Below are positions 1-13,789 of a DNA stretch of 64,000 nucleotides, piece after piece. The first letter of the stretch is position 1. Each line of letters begins with the position of its first letter. A program made the translations under genes and the position numbers. The notes beneath the pieces are model-generated. The model searched no databases and was not told the origin of the DNA. It was given only the letters and a program-made list of their open reading frames with translations. This DNA comes from Narcine bancroftii (taxonomy: Eukaryota). The stretch is taken from assembly GCF_036971445.1 (NCBI RefSeq), contig NC_091478.1:88474001-88538000 (forward strand), written 5' to 3'.

Positions 1-1120
1 GCTATGGGGTGTGAGGAAATGCAAGGCATATTCACATTTACACACCTCTGTGGTTCTTGGCACAGCTCAAGTTTCCTGACTCAAGTGGCCACAAGTCACT
101 ATTGAGATCACAGCACATGTTACTACTCCGCAGAGCTGCAAGTTATTTTTGCCCATTACTAAAATTTGCAAATGTATTAACTGAAGAATATTAATTTTTT
201 ACCATTTTGATTCAACACACCATCCTATTGATATCACTTTTCCTTTATGTATACTTCTTAAGCTAACAGTCCAAGGGTTGTTTTATCCAGCTTCCAATTC
301 TTCAGTATGCAATTGTGGCAGGACATTAAACTGTGGCCAGGACCTATAGGGCCTAGAGTCTAGCAGTTAAATATGTACCAGTGGGCACCTCCTTCTATTG
401 GAAGGTCAATGAGTTTCTAGCAAAATAGAAGGCATTTTTCATCAAATGCATGAACTGCCAAGAGTGCTTGTCTCAGTGTTCCCCTGTGCAATGCAGCTAT
501 TTAGGATGAGTCTCTTTCCAGAGGTAATTTTCTATCTCTTCTTAGCCTGCTCACTTTCCAGAAGAAGATGATCCATTGATTGCAATGGGATGAACATTAT
601 ATGAGGTTTACAGCAAACATATTGACAATGAAGTTGAAAATCATCCTCAATGCTTAAGAATTTGTATCTGGAAAGGGAAGCACATGCTGACATATATTGT
701 GCAATTCGATTTTAGAGAAACAAGTTACTCTGATAGCATTTCCCAAATCAAAACCTCTTATTTAGTTCAGCATCCATTTTAGGAATATTTGGCACAGTGA
801 GGTTCTTCATTTCCTGCAACTATTTGAAAATATCATTTTGTTTCTTTTCTCTTGCCCATGGTCTCTCTTTATTTTATGTCGTAATGCAATTGATGTACCT
901 GTTGCAACCCAGTGGTCCAGAGCTGGACACCCTCCCATATTCACAGGTGTGGGTTGATCGAAGTTGAGACACCATTGCCTGAGCTTTTGTTCATTCTAAG
1001 ATACCTAAAATGTCAACCTATTAAGACAAACCTGACTTTATCTACGAAAGAAAATCACAAAACAATTCTTTGATCAAATCCATACTGAAGTATTCTTCAG
1101 CCTGAGAATCAAATGGGATT

Positions 1121-1295
1121 AGTGTAAATAGGTGCTCCATGTTGCAGTGTAAATAGGTGCTCCATGTTGCAGTGTAAATAGGTGCTCCATGTTGCAGAGT
1201 AAATAGGTGCTCCATGTTGCAGTGTAAATAGGTGCTCCATGTTGCAGTGTAAATAGGTGCTCCATGTTGCAGTGTAAATAGGTGCTCCATGTTGC
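1121..1295. repeat. 25-bp minisatellite, 7 near-identical copies (AGTGTAAATAGGTGCTCCATGTTGC)
   Basis: Units start at 1121, 1146, 1171, 1196 (one substitution), 1221, 1246 and 1271, head to tail with no spacers. Confidence 0.97.
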
Positions 1296-2049
1296 ATGAC
1301 TCTTAAATGTAGAAGAAAAATGATTTTTCTTCATACACTTTGATGTCAAAGTGTGAAATTTTAATGAAGATACTATTTTATCTCCTTATGAATTCTCAGT
1401 AAATATGGAAGAATCGTTTTTGATTGTTCGATGTTCATGTCCAAAAGCTTTTTGGATGCTGTTTTATATTAGACAAATACGGCAAACAATTAAAAGGCAG
1501 ATGTAAAATTTCTCTGTTATTAGAATAAAATTAAAGAGGAAAAATAACGACACATCCCTGCAATTGAACAGGGCCAATTTCATGAGACCAGTTCTGAAAG
1601 AACTACAATAGCATTATCACTTCACAAATACTTCTTTGTCTGTAAAGAGTTTTATAATGTCCCAGACTTTATAAGGAACACTATGTAAATACAGATTGTC
1701 TTTCTTTCCATTTCCCATTCCATCATGGGTATTAAATGGGAATATTTTCACAAAGCTTTGGTTAGGAACGTCATATGACAACTGTAAAATTATTTTCAGA
1801 GAAAATTAGAATTGATATCTTTTTCACATGAAAAATGGGGCCAATTTACTTAAGGTAATTCTATTATTTATCAATCATTTGTGTCTTGGCGCTATCAATG
1901 ATCTCAATATTATGCTGGCCTAAATTGGATCATTTTGGTTCCAAAATCCTGTGAATAAAAGCTTTATTTCTGTGGCCGGGGAATGAGCTATTGTGGGTTT
2001 GTAGCAAACCTCCACAGTTGTAGGAAATAGGCAGGAGGGAGACAGATCA

Positions 2050-2757
2050 GCTAGTAGAGTGATATCACCACAGTGGGATCACAACAACAACCTTGCACTC
2101 AACATTGGCAAAACCTAAGGAGAAAATCAGGAGAACTCCTCATCGAGGAGTCAGCAGTGGAGAGGGTCAAAAGCTTCAAATTCCTGGGTGTCATCATCTC
2201 AGAGCATCTGTCCTCGAGCCTTCATGTTGATGCAATCACAAAGAAGACTCACCAGCAGCTATACTTTGAGAAGTTTGAGGAGATTTGGTATGTCACCAAA
2301 GACTCTCGAAAATTTCTTAAGGTGTACCATGGAGAGCATTCTGTCTGATTGCATCACTGTCTGGTATGGAGGACAGTAATAAAAAACTCCAGAGGGTTAT
2401 TAACTCAGCCTGCGATATCACAGGCACCAGTCTTCACCCCATCGAGGCCATCAACAAGAGGTGGCGTCTTAAGAAAGCAGCCTCTATCCTCAAGGACTCC
2501 CAACACCCAGGCCGTGCTCTCTTCCCTCTGCTACCATCAGAAACCTGAAGATGAGCACTCAGTGGCACAAGGGCAGCTTCTTCCCCTCTGCCATCAGATT
2601 TCTGAATAAACAATGGACCACAGACACTAGCTCACTTTGTTGTTTTCTTTTCCTGCACTATTTTTAATTAGTTTGAAATGTAGTTTATATAAATGTCTGC
2701 ACTAATGATGCTGCCACTAAACAACAAATTTTGTGGCATGTTAATAAATTCTGATTC
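2050..2757 (+). mobile_element. Rex1/Babar-type LINE 3' fragment (degenerate)
   Basis: Frameshifted ORFs VERVKSFKFLGVIISEHL..HVDAITKK..LRRFGMSPKTLENF.RCTMESIL; 3' end AATAAATTCTGATTC. Boundaries approximate. Confidence 0.8.
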
Positions 2758-4438
2758 GAAAACGCAGTTTCAATGTGAAATAAATAAATCTATTTTTATT
2801 CTGCCTGCAGGTTTTGGACCCCTTGCCCCTATGGTTTCCTTCCTGTTTATCCCTTTGCTGATCTTGCAGCTGCTCTGCACATATTATTAGTCTACTGACT
2901 GACTGCAAGGTAACCTTACTTAAGCAACGAAAATGTGCAATGAAGACATAAAAGTTGGTGGAGAGGGAAGAATCTTAAAAACTCGTGATGTCAAACTGCC
3001 TTTCAAAATATCAAAGGAAGGTTTCAAAGATGAAGGAAAAGTATTAATTTGTGGACAACCTTCAAAGATTATCAGCAGTTCTAATGTTGCACATCCTAAA
3101 TGTTCACAATGTGGTAAATTAATTTTTCAATAAACACAGTGTAAAGCCTTGCTGTATTTAGCATGGCAATTATAAGATTATTTTCTTTGTGACAAACTCT
3201 GCCTGCCTGTTTACTATACAAATTGTTCCATAGCCACCTCTCAGTTATTGACATTCTGAGTGATAATGCTGGATCGGTAAATCTAATGAAATGTGAATAT
3301 TTTTAACTCTTCCATTTGGTTAATTCCCTTGTTTTATTTAAATGACATTTGAATTTGATTCCCTTTGAAATTTTACAGCTCATCTTGACTTAGCATCAAC
3401 GATATTTATTTTTTAATAAAGATGGGAATTAAGGTAAGACATTCATTTATAAACTGTATTGATATATTGCTGAAAATGAGTTGGAATAAAGAATTTTCAA
3501 ATAATGTCCTCAATCTCTGTACTGTTGTTTATCTCAATAGGAGCTCCCAAAAAATGTATGCATGTCAGATTGTTCTTAACAGATATTGGTGTGTGATTTG
3601 AAATGCACATCTGGTATGGAGTCTCATCTCCAGAAGCACATAGCAGGAAATCTCAGGCCCTCTTTGCACTAAATTCAAACCGTAAGAGACAGAAAACTAT
3701 GATGAGTGTGTCGATAATTTTAGTTGTACGGTTTTCACACTCAAAGTGCACTATTAAAGTATAGCTGTTTTGTACAGGAATGTCTGCTCTGTATTTGTTT
3801 AAAACATATACAGCTGATTCAGGTAGACTTGGCATACATGTGCTAATTAGATCTATAATATCACCACTTCGACGTGGTGACAGTAAATTTGTTGAACAGA
3901 TGCAACAAATACATCTGCTGCAGGAATTGTGAAGCTCCGATAAGGTAAAGACATCGGGATTTCTAAATTCTAGGTATAAGTTATTAAGGAAGGTACTGAA
4001 GTGCTTGATCTTTAATAAGAAGTATTCTCTATCTTTCCTGACATTTTGCACACACTGAAGTTACAAGTCCAGCTTCACAGTTGAATCTTGCAGAGAAAAA
4101 AAATCCTTTAGACAAGGGGACTTGCATCAGAAAAAAACCCCATCTTTGTTAAAAGTCTGCAGGCTTCCAAAAATATCTCTATCACATGCCTTCCCAATCC
4201 CATTTCCTGTCAGGATTTCTTTCTATTCTCTCTGATTCTCTTTCATATACACCCTGATGTTGACTTTCCACACCAGTCCCTTTAAGATATCTTTTTCCTT
4301 GATCATGGCCTCCCTCTACCGTAGCCAACAGAACTCTCAGCTGCACTCCATTCTCATAGTTCTTTCTCATAATATATCCCCATGCAACCATTTTACTCTT
4401 TCCCTTCCCATCATCCAGAGATCCCAACATTCAGCCAG

Positions 4439-4666
4439 TGTCGAAAGAACCAAAGACGTTGATCCAAAACAAGGCTTTTATTAACTAAAAGACTGGAGCA
4501 TATCACAAGTAGGTCGACCAGTCCGGAATGACCTGGTCTGGCTAGGAGCAATCCTTTAAGACCTGCCAGAAGGCGTGGCTACACTCTCAGCCAATCACAG
4601 TCATCCTACACTACCATCTTTACATATGTACATATACACATTGGTGATGGAATCTGTACTATCACA
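4439..4666 (-). mobile_element. Short solo LTR-like element
   Basis: TG...CA termini; AATAAA on the minus strand near the left end; TSD not clean. Confidence 0.5.
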
Positions 4667-7459
4667 CCTAGGTAAAATAGCAATTCAGTTGATCCTTCTA
4701 TTTGGTGGATTACATTCACAATATACCACTCCTCTGCAATGGAGATATCAAAGTAGATAGAGAAATACAAGAACTGCAGTTGCTGGAATATTGAGCAAAC
4801 AGAATTACTGGAGGAATTCAGCAGGTCTGACAGTGTCCATGTATAGAACTGGTCAGTCAACACTTCAAGTAGAAACCCTTTATCATGTCTAAGATTCTAT
4901 CTGAGTGCCTCCAGCAATTCTTTGATTGGGTGATAGTTTTTGTAGAAGACACTTGTTCAGTCTATTGGTTTTACTTCCCCCAATGAAACTGTCTGAACCA
5001 TGAAGTGCTTTGGGGATCTTCTAATGTTGTTAGTATTAGGCAGAACTTACTTACAAAGTTGCAACATGCATCAGAACTGCTTTGTTAGAGATATCCAGTC
5101 ATCACATAGAAAAATTGTTGATAAGTATATTGTAAAAATATACAAAATATTATTACACATAAATTACACTCTGCATTTGACATTCTCTATCCAAGAAAAA
5201 TGACGATTGACGTGCAGAATGATAAAATAGATTAGAAAATAAATTGTCATGTTCATGGATAGTTAATTAGAACCCAAACACTGGAAGCAGGAATATTCTA
5301 CGAGCTCTTCAAGCTTGCCTGACAGTTCATATCACAGCTGATTTTGTAAACCTCACCCATTCTCCAACCCAATTCCCAAACTCTTTAATACCTTTTTCGA
5401 ACAAAGGTTTATCATTCCCAGGTTTGAGGATACATAACAATTGGACATCTATTGTCCAGTTGCATAGAGATATCCAAAATAATTTCTACTGGTCTGAATT
5501 CATAACCTCTCCTACAGTCCTAGAATATCTTGCCAGGAAACAGCCACTCAGCATCTGCCCTGTCAATCCTTTTCAGAATCTTCTGAATCATTGATACTAT
5601 GTCTCATTCTTCAACATATTAAAGTGTGCCTTGAGGGGTTTGTAATTTGAAGGGAAATTGAGGAAGCTTCGTTGGCAATAGCTTATTTCTATGCTGTATA
5701 ACTCTCTGACTCTAAACCATTTGAAGCCTAGAGAAATGAAAGAATTTGAGAGAAATTGTTAGAGTATGCTCCAAGAGGTGGTGCATCTTGTGAGGAATCC
5801 AAAATGAGGAGAGCAATAGTGTGCAAGTTTGGGGACACTTAAGACCAATTGCTTGTTTGGAGATTTCTATTTGAGAACACTGAGATTGATGGACTTTTGT
5901 TTTAGTACAAAGTGGGTTGGAGGTAGTGGGCAAGGCCCAATCTTAGCCTGACTGGTGCAGCAAGCTCAAAGAATGTGTGGTCTTCTCCTGTCTTTTACTT
6001 CTTAGTCAATCTTCAACAATGTCATCTCACTGCAAAAACCACTCTAAGAATAAATTATTGAATCTGCTCTGACCTAGATTTAAGGTAAATTGTTCTTTTC
6101 TTAATTGTAAATTAAGACAGGACACCAGATGTTATTTTGCAAACCTCTGCATAATTGCACAAGGCTTCCTCACTCCTGAACTCCAAGCCCCATACAAAAA
6201 TGTTCAATTTTGCCTTCCTAACCTGATGTTGCATCTGTATTTTATTTACTGCATTTCATCAATGACCACATTCTCTGAGCACATATTTATCAGTTCTTTA
6301 GTTTTAAAATATCAGTTTCTAATCTTTCCACCACCTCTACCATACATCTTTTCCCTCACAATTTTCCTTACGTCTTCTTGTTCACTCTCCTCTTCCACAT
6401 CGTTTGCCAACTCCACATGTCCTCCTCACTGTTTTATTTTGTATCATCATCAACTTAGATGCATTATACTCTTGTATTATACCTCAATTGTTAATTTGAA
6501 TTGTGATTAGCTGAGGGTAGCCTACAATTCTGAAAGGGGAGTCACAATGTGGCTGTGAGAAATGGTGGGGTTTGGGGATGGAATTAACTGAAACTCTGGA
6601 TGAAAGCTCATCAATGACCTATATACAGCATGCCCAAGAGAGCTAAACATGAGAGGTCGTACACAGGTTTTCCAATAGTGCTCTGGGGTTCTTGGTTCAA
6701 AATGTAGTGAAAAGGAGAGGGACTCAAAGATAATGGTGCATACACTTATTTGGAAAGCACGTAGGCAGTTTTTTTACTTGTAAGAGCCTAGCTGTAAAAG
6801 CCTATAGTGCATGGAATTTTCATTAATTGAGTTTATTTAAATGCTTTTCAAGTGATTGTTTATTTATTGATATATTTTTAACACGGGACTATTTTTAGTA
6901 GCTCCTAACAGCATTAGCATGTTTCTGAACATAAGAAACCTTCCAAAATATTTAATGTTTTTCACAATCAGGTGCTCAATTGGCTCCCAAATTTTACTTT
7001 CATTTTGGTGGGCTTAGCTTGTTCAGGTCCAAAACACTGACTGCTTCTTTTTCTCCTACTGACACTGTTCGACCCGCTGAGTTCCTGCAACAGAACATTT
7101 GTTGCTCTAGAATTCAGCATCCACCGTATCTATTATGTGCCTGGGGTACTGAGTACAACATCACTTTCATGTTTTAATCCACATTCCAGTCACATCTCCA
7201 AATTCCAGTAAGTCTGTCCAACCTTTCATCAGAAGACAATTAATCCATTCCACATCAGTCTAATGAACATTCTCTGAACTATTCCCAATGCATTAAAACC
7301 TTATTTTGCAATCTATCTTTGTGACATCAGCAAAATGACCAACCACACCTTCGGTACCTAATTCCAAGTCATTCAAACATTTCATAGTCCTGAGCACTAA
7401 TCCCTAAGTAACACAACTTGTTACATCATGTCAATCAGAAACTATCTATTTAGGCCTGC

Positions 7460-7645
7460 CTCACTGACAAAAGGCAAAGGAGGAAAAACCCAACACCCAA
7501 CCCCAACCAACCAATTTTCCCCTGCAACCGCTGCAACCATGTCTGCCTGTCCCGCATCGGACTTGTCAGCCACAAACGAGCCTGCAGCTGACGTGGATAT
7601 TTACCCCCTCCATAAATCTTCGTCCGCGAAGCCAAGAAAGAAGAA
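7460..7645 (+). mobile_element. RTE-clade LINE, 5'-truncated 3' end
   Basis: Encodes a terminal zinc finger PCNRCNHVCLSRIGLVSHKRACS*; GAA-rich tail; 12-bp TSD ATTTA(G/T)GCCTGC at 7448-7459 and 7646-7657. Confidence 0.8.
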
Positions 7646-8539
7646 ATTTATGCCTGCTGTAAAACAAGAAAGTCTGCAGATGCCATGCTTGTAAAAATGC
7701 TGGGGAAACTGTACTTTATATAGCAAAAATAAAGATATAGGATCAACGTTTTGAGCCAGAGCCTTTCATCGTCTTACCTTAATGAAGGGTTCATGTTCAC
7801 AGTGTTGGTAATGTATCTTCCTCTCTGCTGTATAAAATGCACTGTTTGACCTGCTGAGTTTCTCCAGCATTGTGTTTTTACATTTATGCCTGCTATCTAT
7901 TTCTTGTTAGGCAACCAATCTTCCATATATGCCAATATGTTACCTCCTACTCCATTGTCTTTTATTGTCCAGAACAATCTTCAAGCGGCACCTTATCAAA
8001 TGCTTTCTGGAAATTTTCTGAAAGCTAGGCATTGGGGTAAAAAGACTAATTATCATTTCTCGGCATATCAACCAGATAATCCATGAGTGAATTTTAACTC
8101 CACGACTTCAAAGAATTCTCCGAACACACAAGATGAAGTGGGAGTGGTCACACAAAAGCAAAGCAATAATGCAGTGGAGTTGAGTTAGTCAAGTGCTGCT
8201 CTGCATTTCAATGCCAATATTATGAATGTAATTTTTCAGTCTGGAAAAGCTTCAGTTTTTGCTGCAGGTTTTTTAATGTAATTTGATTGAGATAAAGTGC
8301 CAACTCCGAGAGTGCACATTGTATGGTCTAAAATCAACTTGTGCACTTCCATGTGAATAGGGCTGCTGGGCGCACAGCAATTTTCTCACTTTATGTGCTA
8401 TGTACTTCTCATAGCCCTACCATGTTAATAAAGCATGCATTCATAACTGGAAGCAGTGTGGATCTTGACCAATATAGAAAAGAAGAGCTGTGCGCTGAGA
8501 ATCGGTTAAAGCAAATAGAAAAGGTGTCAGAAAGGCAAT

Positions 8540-9690
8540 GTTAAGGTAGTCATGGGGGGATTTTAACAAGCAAGTAGATTGGAGAACCCAGGTTGGGACT
8601 GAAAGTCAAGAGAGATAAATTGTAGAATGTCTATAATTTAAGAGCCCACTATGGGTTTGGCTGAGTTGTGTAATGACCAGAGGTGATCAGACAGCTTAGT
8701 GATCACCATATGATTGAGTTCAATTTGAGATTTAACACGGAGATACTGAAGTCACAAGTGCCGGAATTTCAGTGAAGGGAATTACAATGGCATGAGAAAG
8801 GAACTGGCCAAATTAGATTGGAAGGGGACACTCGATGGGAAGGTGGCAGAGCAGCAATGGATGGAGTTTTTACGAGAAGATGCAGGTACAAAGAAGAGGA
8901 AATATTCAAATAGAAAAATGTCACAGTTGTGGCTGACGAGGGAAGTCAAAACCAAAAGAGAGGACATACAAGGAAGAAAAAAATAGTAGTATAAAAAATG
9001 AAGTATGAAAGCAAATAATATCAAAGAGAATACAAAATGTTTTTTCATGTATATAAAGAATAAAAAGAGAGTGGATAGAGGACCATTACAAAATGAAGCT
9101 GGAGAAATAATACTGGCAGAGGAACTAAATGAGTATTTTGCATCAGTCTTCACTGTGAAAGACATTAGCAGTGTGCTGGGTGTCCAAGGGCATCAGAGAA
9201 GAGAAGTGACTGTGCCAGTTACTATTTCAAGAGAGAAGATGTTCAGAAAGCTGAATAGTCTAAAGGTGGATAGGTCTTGCAGACCAGATGATTTTTATTT
9301 TAATTTAGACATACAGAACAGTAGCAGGCCATTTCAGCCCATGCTGCTCAATTACACCCAATTGACATACAACCCGTGTATGTTTTGAACGATAGGAGGA
9401 AACTCATCCAGACACGGGGAGAATGTTCAAGCTCCTTACAGACGGTGCGGTATTCCATCGCTGGCATTGTAACAGCGTTGCGCTAACCGCTATGCTAATC
9501 ATGCCACCCTCTGTTTTGCACCATCTGGTTCTGAAAGGAGTAGCAGTAGATATTGTGGAGGCATTGGTAATGATCTTTCAGGATCAACAGATTCTGGCAT
9601 GGTCTCAGTGGACTGGAAAATTGCAAATGTCACCCCACTCTTTAAGAAGGGAGGGAGGCAGCAGTAAGGGAACTTATAGACCTGAGATTA
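8540..9690 (+). mobile_element. CR1-type LINE ORF2 fragment, interrupted by a SINE
   Basis: ORFs MRKELAKLDW.., NIKENTKCFFMYIKNK..AEELNEYFASVFTV, WKIANVTPLFKK-like text. Confidence 0.8.
9310..9508 (-). mobile_element. tRNA-derived SINE (V-SINE/HE1-like)
   Basis: Reverse complement resembles the SINE at 45905-46110 (GGCATGATTAGCATAGCGGTTAGCGC head, GTCTGTAAGGAG core). Confidence 0.65.
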
Positions 9691-9693
9691 TAG

Positions 9694-10022
9694 TCGTGGT
9701 TCTCAACCTTTAGCTTTGCACTCACACACCACTTTAAGTATTCCCTATGTCATAAGTGTTCTGTGATTAGTAAGGGATTGCTTAAGGTGGTATGTGGGTG
9801 GAAAGAAAAAGGTTGAAAACCACTGCAACTCCAAATGGGCCAATGACAATTTTTCTCAAGCAAAATATTTCGGTAATAATTGGGCCTAGAGCAGTGATTC
9901 TCAACCCTTCCTTCCCACTCACATACCACCTTAAGCAATTCCTTACTGATCACAGAGCACTTATGACATAGGGATTACTTAAAGTAGTATGTGAGTGGAA
10001 AGAAAAAAGTTGAGAACCATTG
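9694..10022. mobile_element. Composite hAT MITE: two inverted ~131-bp TIR-bounded units plus a spacer
   Basis: CAGTGGTTCTCAACC-like TIRs starting at 9694 and 9892 and ending at 9825 and 10022; perfect 8-bp TSD GATTATAG at 9686-9693 and 10023-10030. Confidence 0.88.
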
Positions 10023-10044
10023 GATTATAGTGTAGATTATATAA

Positions 10045-10484
10045 ATTTCTTTGGCAAGACACTGAAATGGCTGATCAGAAGGAATCAGTTTGTGTCCAAC
10101 GAGCAATAAATCTCTCTGAAAACCAACAAGAACCTTCCTGAGTGGTAACCATTTACCTTTCAAGTACCAACACCTGGTGAAATTCATAAACGTTAAATTC
10201 TGTGCACAGTATAAGAATTGCCCGATGCTGGTGAACTTGGTGGAGTGAGAATTGAAATTCGACTGTGAATCAAATAACTTTTTTGAATTTGTACACACAT
10301 TACATACACATGCGCTTGGAATTAGAAGGGGGTTAGGTTAGGTTGTTAAGTTAATAGTAATAAGTTAAAGTTTGATCCTGTTTTCATGTTTAAAGATAAG
10401 TAAAAGCAACTTTTGTTTAAGTAACCATTTGTCTTGGTGAATTTCTATTGCTGCTAGGTTTTGGGGTCCTCTGGGCTCATAACA
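10045..10484. mobile_element. Partial solo LTR, same family as 19230-20295 and 26318-27350 (opposite orientation)
   Basis: Ends ...TTGGGGTCCTCTGGGCTCATAACA, the reverse complement of the family's TGTTATGAGCCC.AGGACCCCAA terminus. Confidence 0.8.
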
Positions 10485-13400
10485 ATACCAATTACTCATC
10501 TTGGCCATAGTCATTCTTGAGTATCTTTTGTCCAATTGCCATTCACTTTGTTTGAACTAGATACAAAAACAAAAAGTTGAATAATTAATGATGTTAGGAT
10601 TTGTGGGAGTTGTTGGAAATATTAGATGCAACAGCATTTTACTTACAATGTGTTCCTTGTGCTCCTTGGGGAGAAAATCACACAGCAATTATATTGGCCT
10701 TTTTACTGCACTTTGTAATGCAACACAACAGGCTATCCCTTCTAAATATTGAAAAGGAAAGGATCAAGCCCAGGTGGGCAACTCCATTCATTTCTTTTCT
10801 CCTTATTTCTCTGTACCCCTGCAACAGATCCTCTCTCACGCATGTGTATCAACTCCCTACTGATTCTTTTTGCAAGGGAAATAAGTTACAGACATCAATG
10901 TGGGAGAAAACCCATGCAGTCACAGAATATACGCACTGCAAAGGCAGCATCCAAGGACCTGGAACAGTGAGAGATGCATTGTGCCACTGTGCCTTTTAAG
11001 TAATCAATAGTAATCTAAACTCAAATTCAAATTAGTTCTGCATCTGAACTTTTGTTTTTCTTCACTTTTCTTGCATTTTGTCAATATTCGATTGTGCCAG
11101 AATGCATCAAACCATTATAACGTGCAGATAGATCATAAGGTTTCTTTCAACAGTAATATTTGTACAATGGCAACCATTATACACATTGCTTTAAAAGGAA
11201 AATCATAGTTGAAATGTCGAACAGCTCCCATTAAAGCTGTCTTCTTGTCACGTAACTAAATTATTATTTACCCCTGCTGGGCTGATAAATTACTGGTGCT
11301 AATAACTTTCACTACTTATTGCTGACAATGTGGAGTTTATTGAGATCATGAAACATGCCTAGGAGTTTAAAGAGCTGAAATGAATAAATCAGTAATACTA
11401 TGTAACAGATTGAGTCAATAGTGTTTTATCCATTTGTGACATCTCCTGTTGTGCTTTACCCAGATATTCTAATTCTAATTAGTGTGCCATACTTATCTTA
11501 ACCAATAGTGACCATCAGGCTATGAACACCAGCTGTTGTAGTGTGGTTTACTGTCATGTGGTTAAAAGGTGGTGACTTTTAAGCTTGATAAATCCAGCAT
11601 TTCCTACAGATTGATATGAGAGAGAAAAACAGAACTCTGCTGTTATAGAACCAGAATTCCCTATCAGCCTATGCTCTTGCAAAGCTTTGAGTCCTGAACA
11701 AATTTACCTGAGGTAACCTGAGCAGTGAAAATGAGTGAGGGGAAATCATTGGGAAGGTCTCATGTGATCTCAGGGCCTTCTGCATCTTAATAATGAGGTG
11801 AAATGGAGATCTGAGGGGCTGGCACTTATAAAAACAAGAATCATTCTGTCAATCAGGCAAACCACAACCCTATTTTTATAATATTGTCTTGACAATTCTC
11901 TCCCACTATTCTAGAACTGTCAATATTTAATCTTCAAATGTTCAAAATCAATAAAAAAAGATTAGAAATCTTCAAAAGTATTTTAATTTTTCAAAAACAT
12001 AAAATAAAAGTTAAATGAAATGCCTAAAAAGTTAAAACTGAAACTTAAAAAAAATATGGATTATCAAGTGTCTAGTATTCTCTCAGAGTCACTCTCTTCC
12101 ACTGAAATAAAAGGAAGATTGGGAAGAATCCTTACACACATGGTGGGAAATCTCCTTTACTTTGTGCTTCTTGAGGGCCACTGAAGCCCAGTAAGCCAAC
12201 TTCTGGACTTCCATCAAGGTGAGTGCAGAAATGCCAAAGTTGCTGAGGGTTCCATGGTGATATGCTGGCATTTGGCCTCACAAATCCCTGAAAAATTGAG
12301 TCCTATACTCTTCAACTTCATTGCAAAATTCAACACTCATGATGGCCTGTGCTCTTTATATTGGAGGTCAAAAAAAACAGCCCCACTTATTGTGATCAGA
12401 TTTTTTTGTTCTCTTTACTATAACCATGCTGAACAATCACATTGCTCTCACAATCAAGCTTACACATGTACAAAAGAAGTAAAACCCCTCCTCTGAACAG
12501 CAGGATTTAGATTGACATTACACGAATTAATGGCATGAACCCAAGTCTTATCATTTGATGAACAGTTTGCAGGTAATCCTTCACAGTGAGTAGCATGGAT
12601 CTAATAAGGCTTTTTATTTTCTCTATCATCACCTCATATTCAATTTAGTTTGCTATGATACAAGATTATCAAGATACAGCTAAACGAAAGTAGCATTTCT
12701 TACAGTTATAATTAAAAAAATGAAACTGCTGGAAATGGTCAGTAGACCTCACTACATCTGAGGGGAGATAAATCAAGATAACATTTCAGTTTGATGGTAG
12801 TTCCAGATTTTCTGTTTTAATTTCAGGTTTCCAGCATCTGCAGATTGTTTTCCCTGCTGCAGAGACATGCTGCTTCTCTCAAAGGCAGGCTGAAAGTCTC
12901 CACAAACATTTCCACCCATGTCATTATACATTATGCACTGGGAGCTTATTTGGTCACATGATACAAGTCTTAAATACCTGCAGGGACACAGGAGGCATCA
13001 GATACTGTAATATGGGACAAAAAAAACTGTTGGAAAATCTCAATGGATTGAACAGCATTAGGGGGAACAAAGGGACAGGACTCTGATAAAGGGTCTCCAC
13101 TCAAAATGTCCCTTTACCTCTACAAATGATGTTCGACTCACCAACTTCCTCCAGCAGTTTCTACTTGGCTCTTAAAGACCTGATGAAGTGAGAGTCAGAA
13201 TGAGGATGAAGCCCATATTAAACCAAGACACTTCTTCCTGCATTACATCCTTATCCTTTGAGAAACATTTCTTGCATTGACCTCTGCTGTTAACTTATCT
13301 CATGACATGCTGAACATATGTCTAAAGGGCCTGCTGCCTCAAACTGCACACACATACGCATTGTGGACAGCTGCTCTCCCATTTGTATACCATGACCCTC

Positions 13401-13789
13401 ACTGCATTGCTGCACAACATTTCTTGAGAGTCCCTTGTCTATTCATCTACTTCTCAGTATAGCAGGGCACAGAATGAATTTCAAATAACTCCTCATGGCA
13501 TGCTGCCACAGTGCATCACCCTTTTAAAAATGCATGTTGACTTAAGATGACAATAACTGCTTGTGATATTATACACCCTGCTGAGGTATACACCCATTGA
13601 AGAGTGAAGTTAGCAGTGACGGAATTGAACAGCCGTGTAAAACTACAGACAGCACTGGTTTTACTGAGCTGCTTGCAAAGAAATAAACAGCTAGGGGGTT
13701 TAGTCACACTCTGTGAGCCCTGCCATAATTTCATAGCTCGTTCGTTAACCCCAAAATAATTTAACACTTTAATAGAAAAATGAAAATGG

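Noticed and set aside
380-815. Protein-like text with plausible splice acceptors on both strands
   Set aside because: Every frame I translated has stops, and plus and minus readings look equally plausible. No recognisable family.
1121-1295. CRISPR-like array of 25-bp repeats
   Set aside because: The repeats are contiguous with no spacers, there are no cas genes, and the context is eukaryotic. It is a minisatellite.
2933-4051. ORFs 2933-3133 (+) and 3653-4051 (-)
   Set aside because: No recognisable domain and no consistent exon chain; lengths are compatible with chance.
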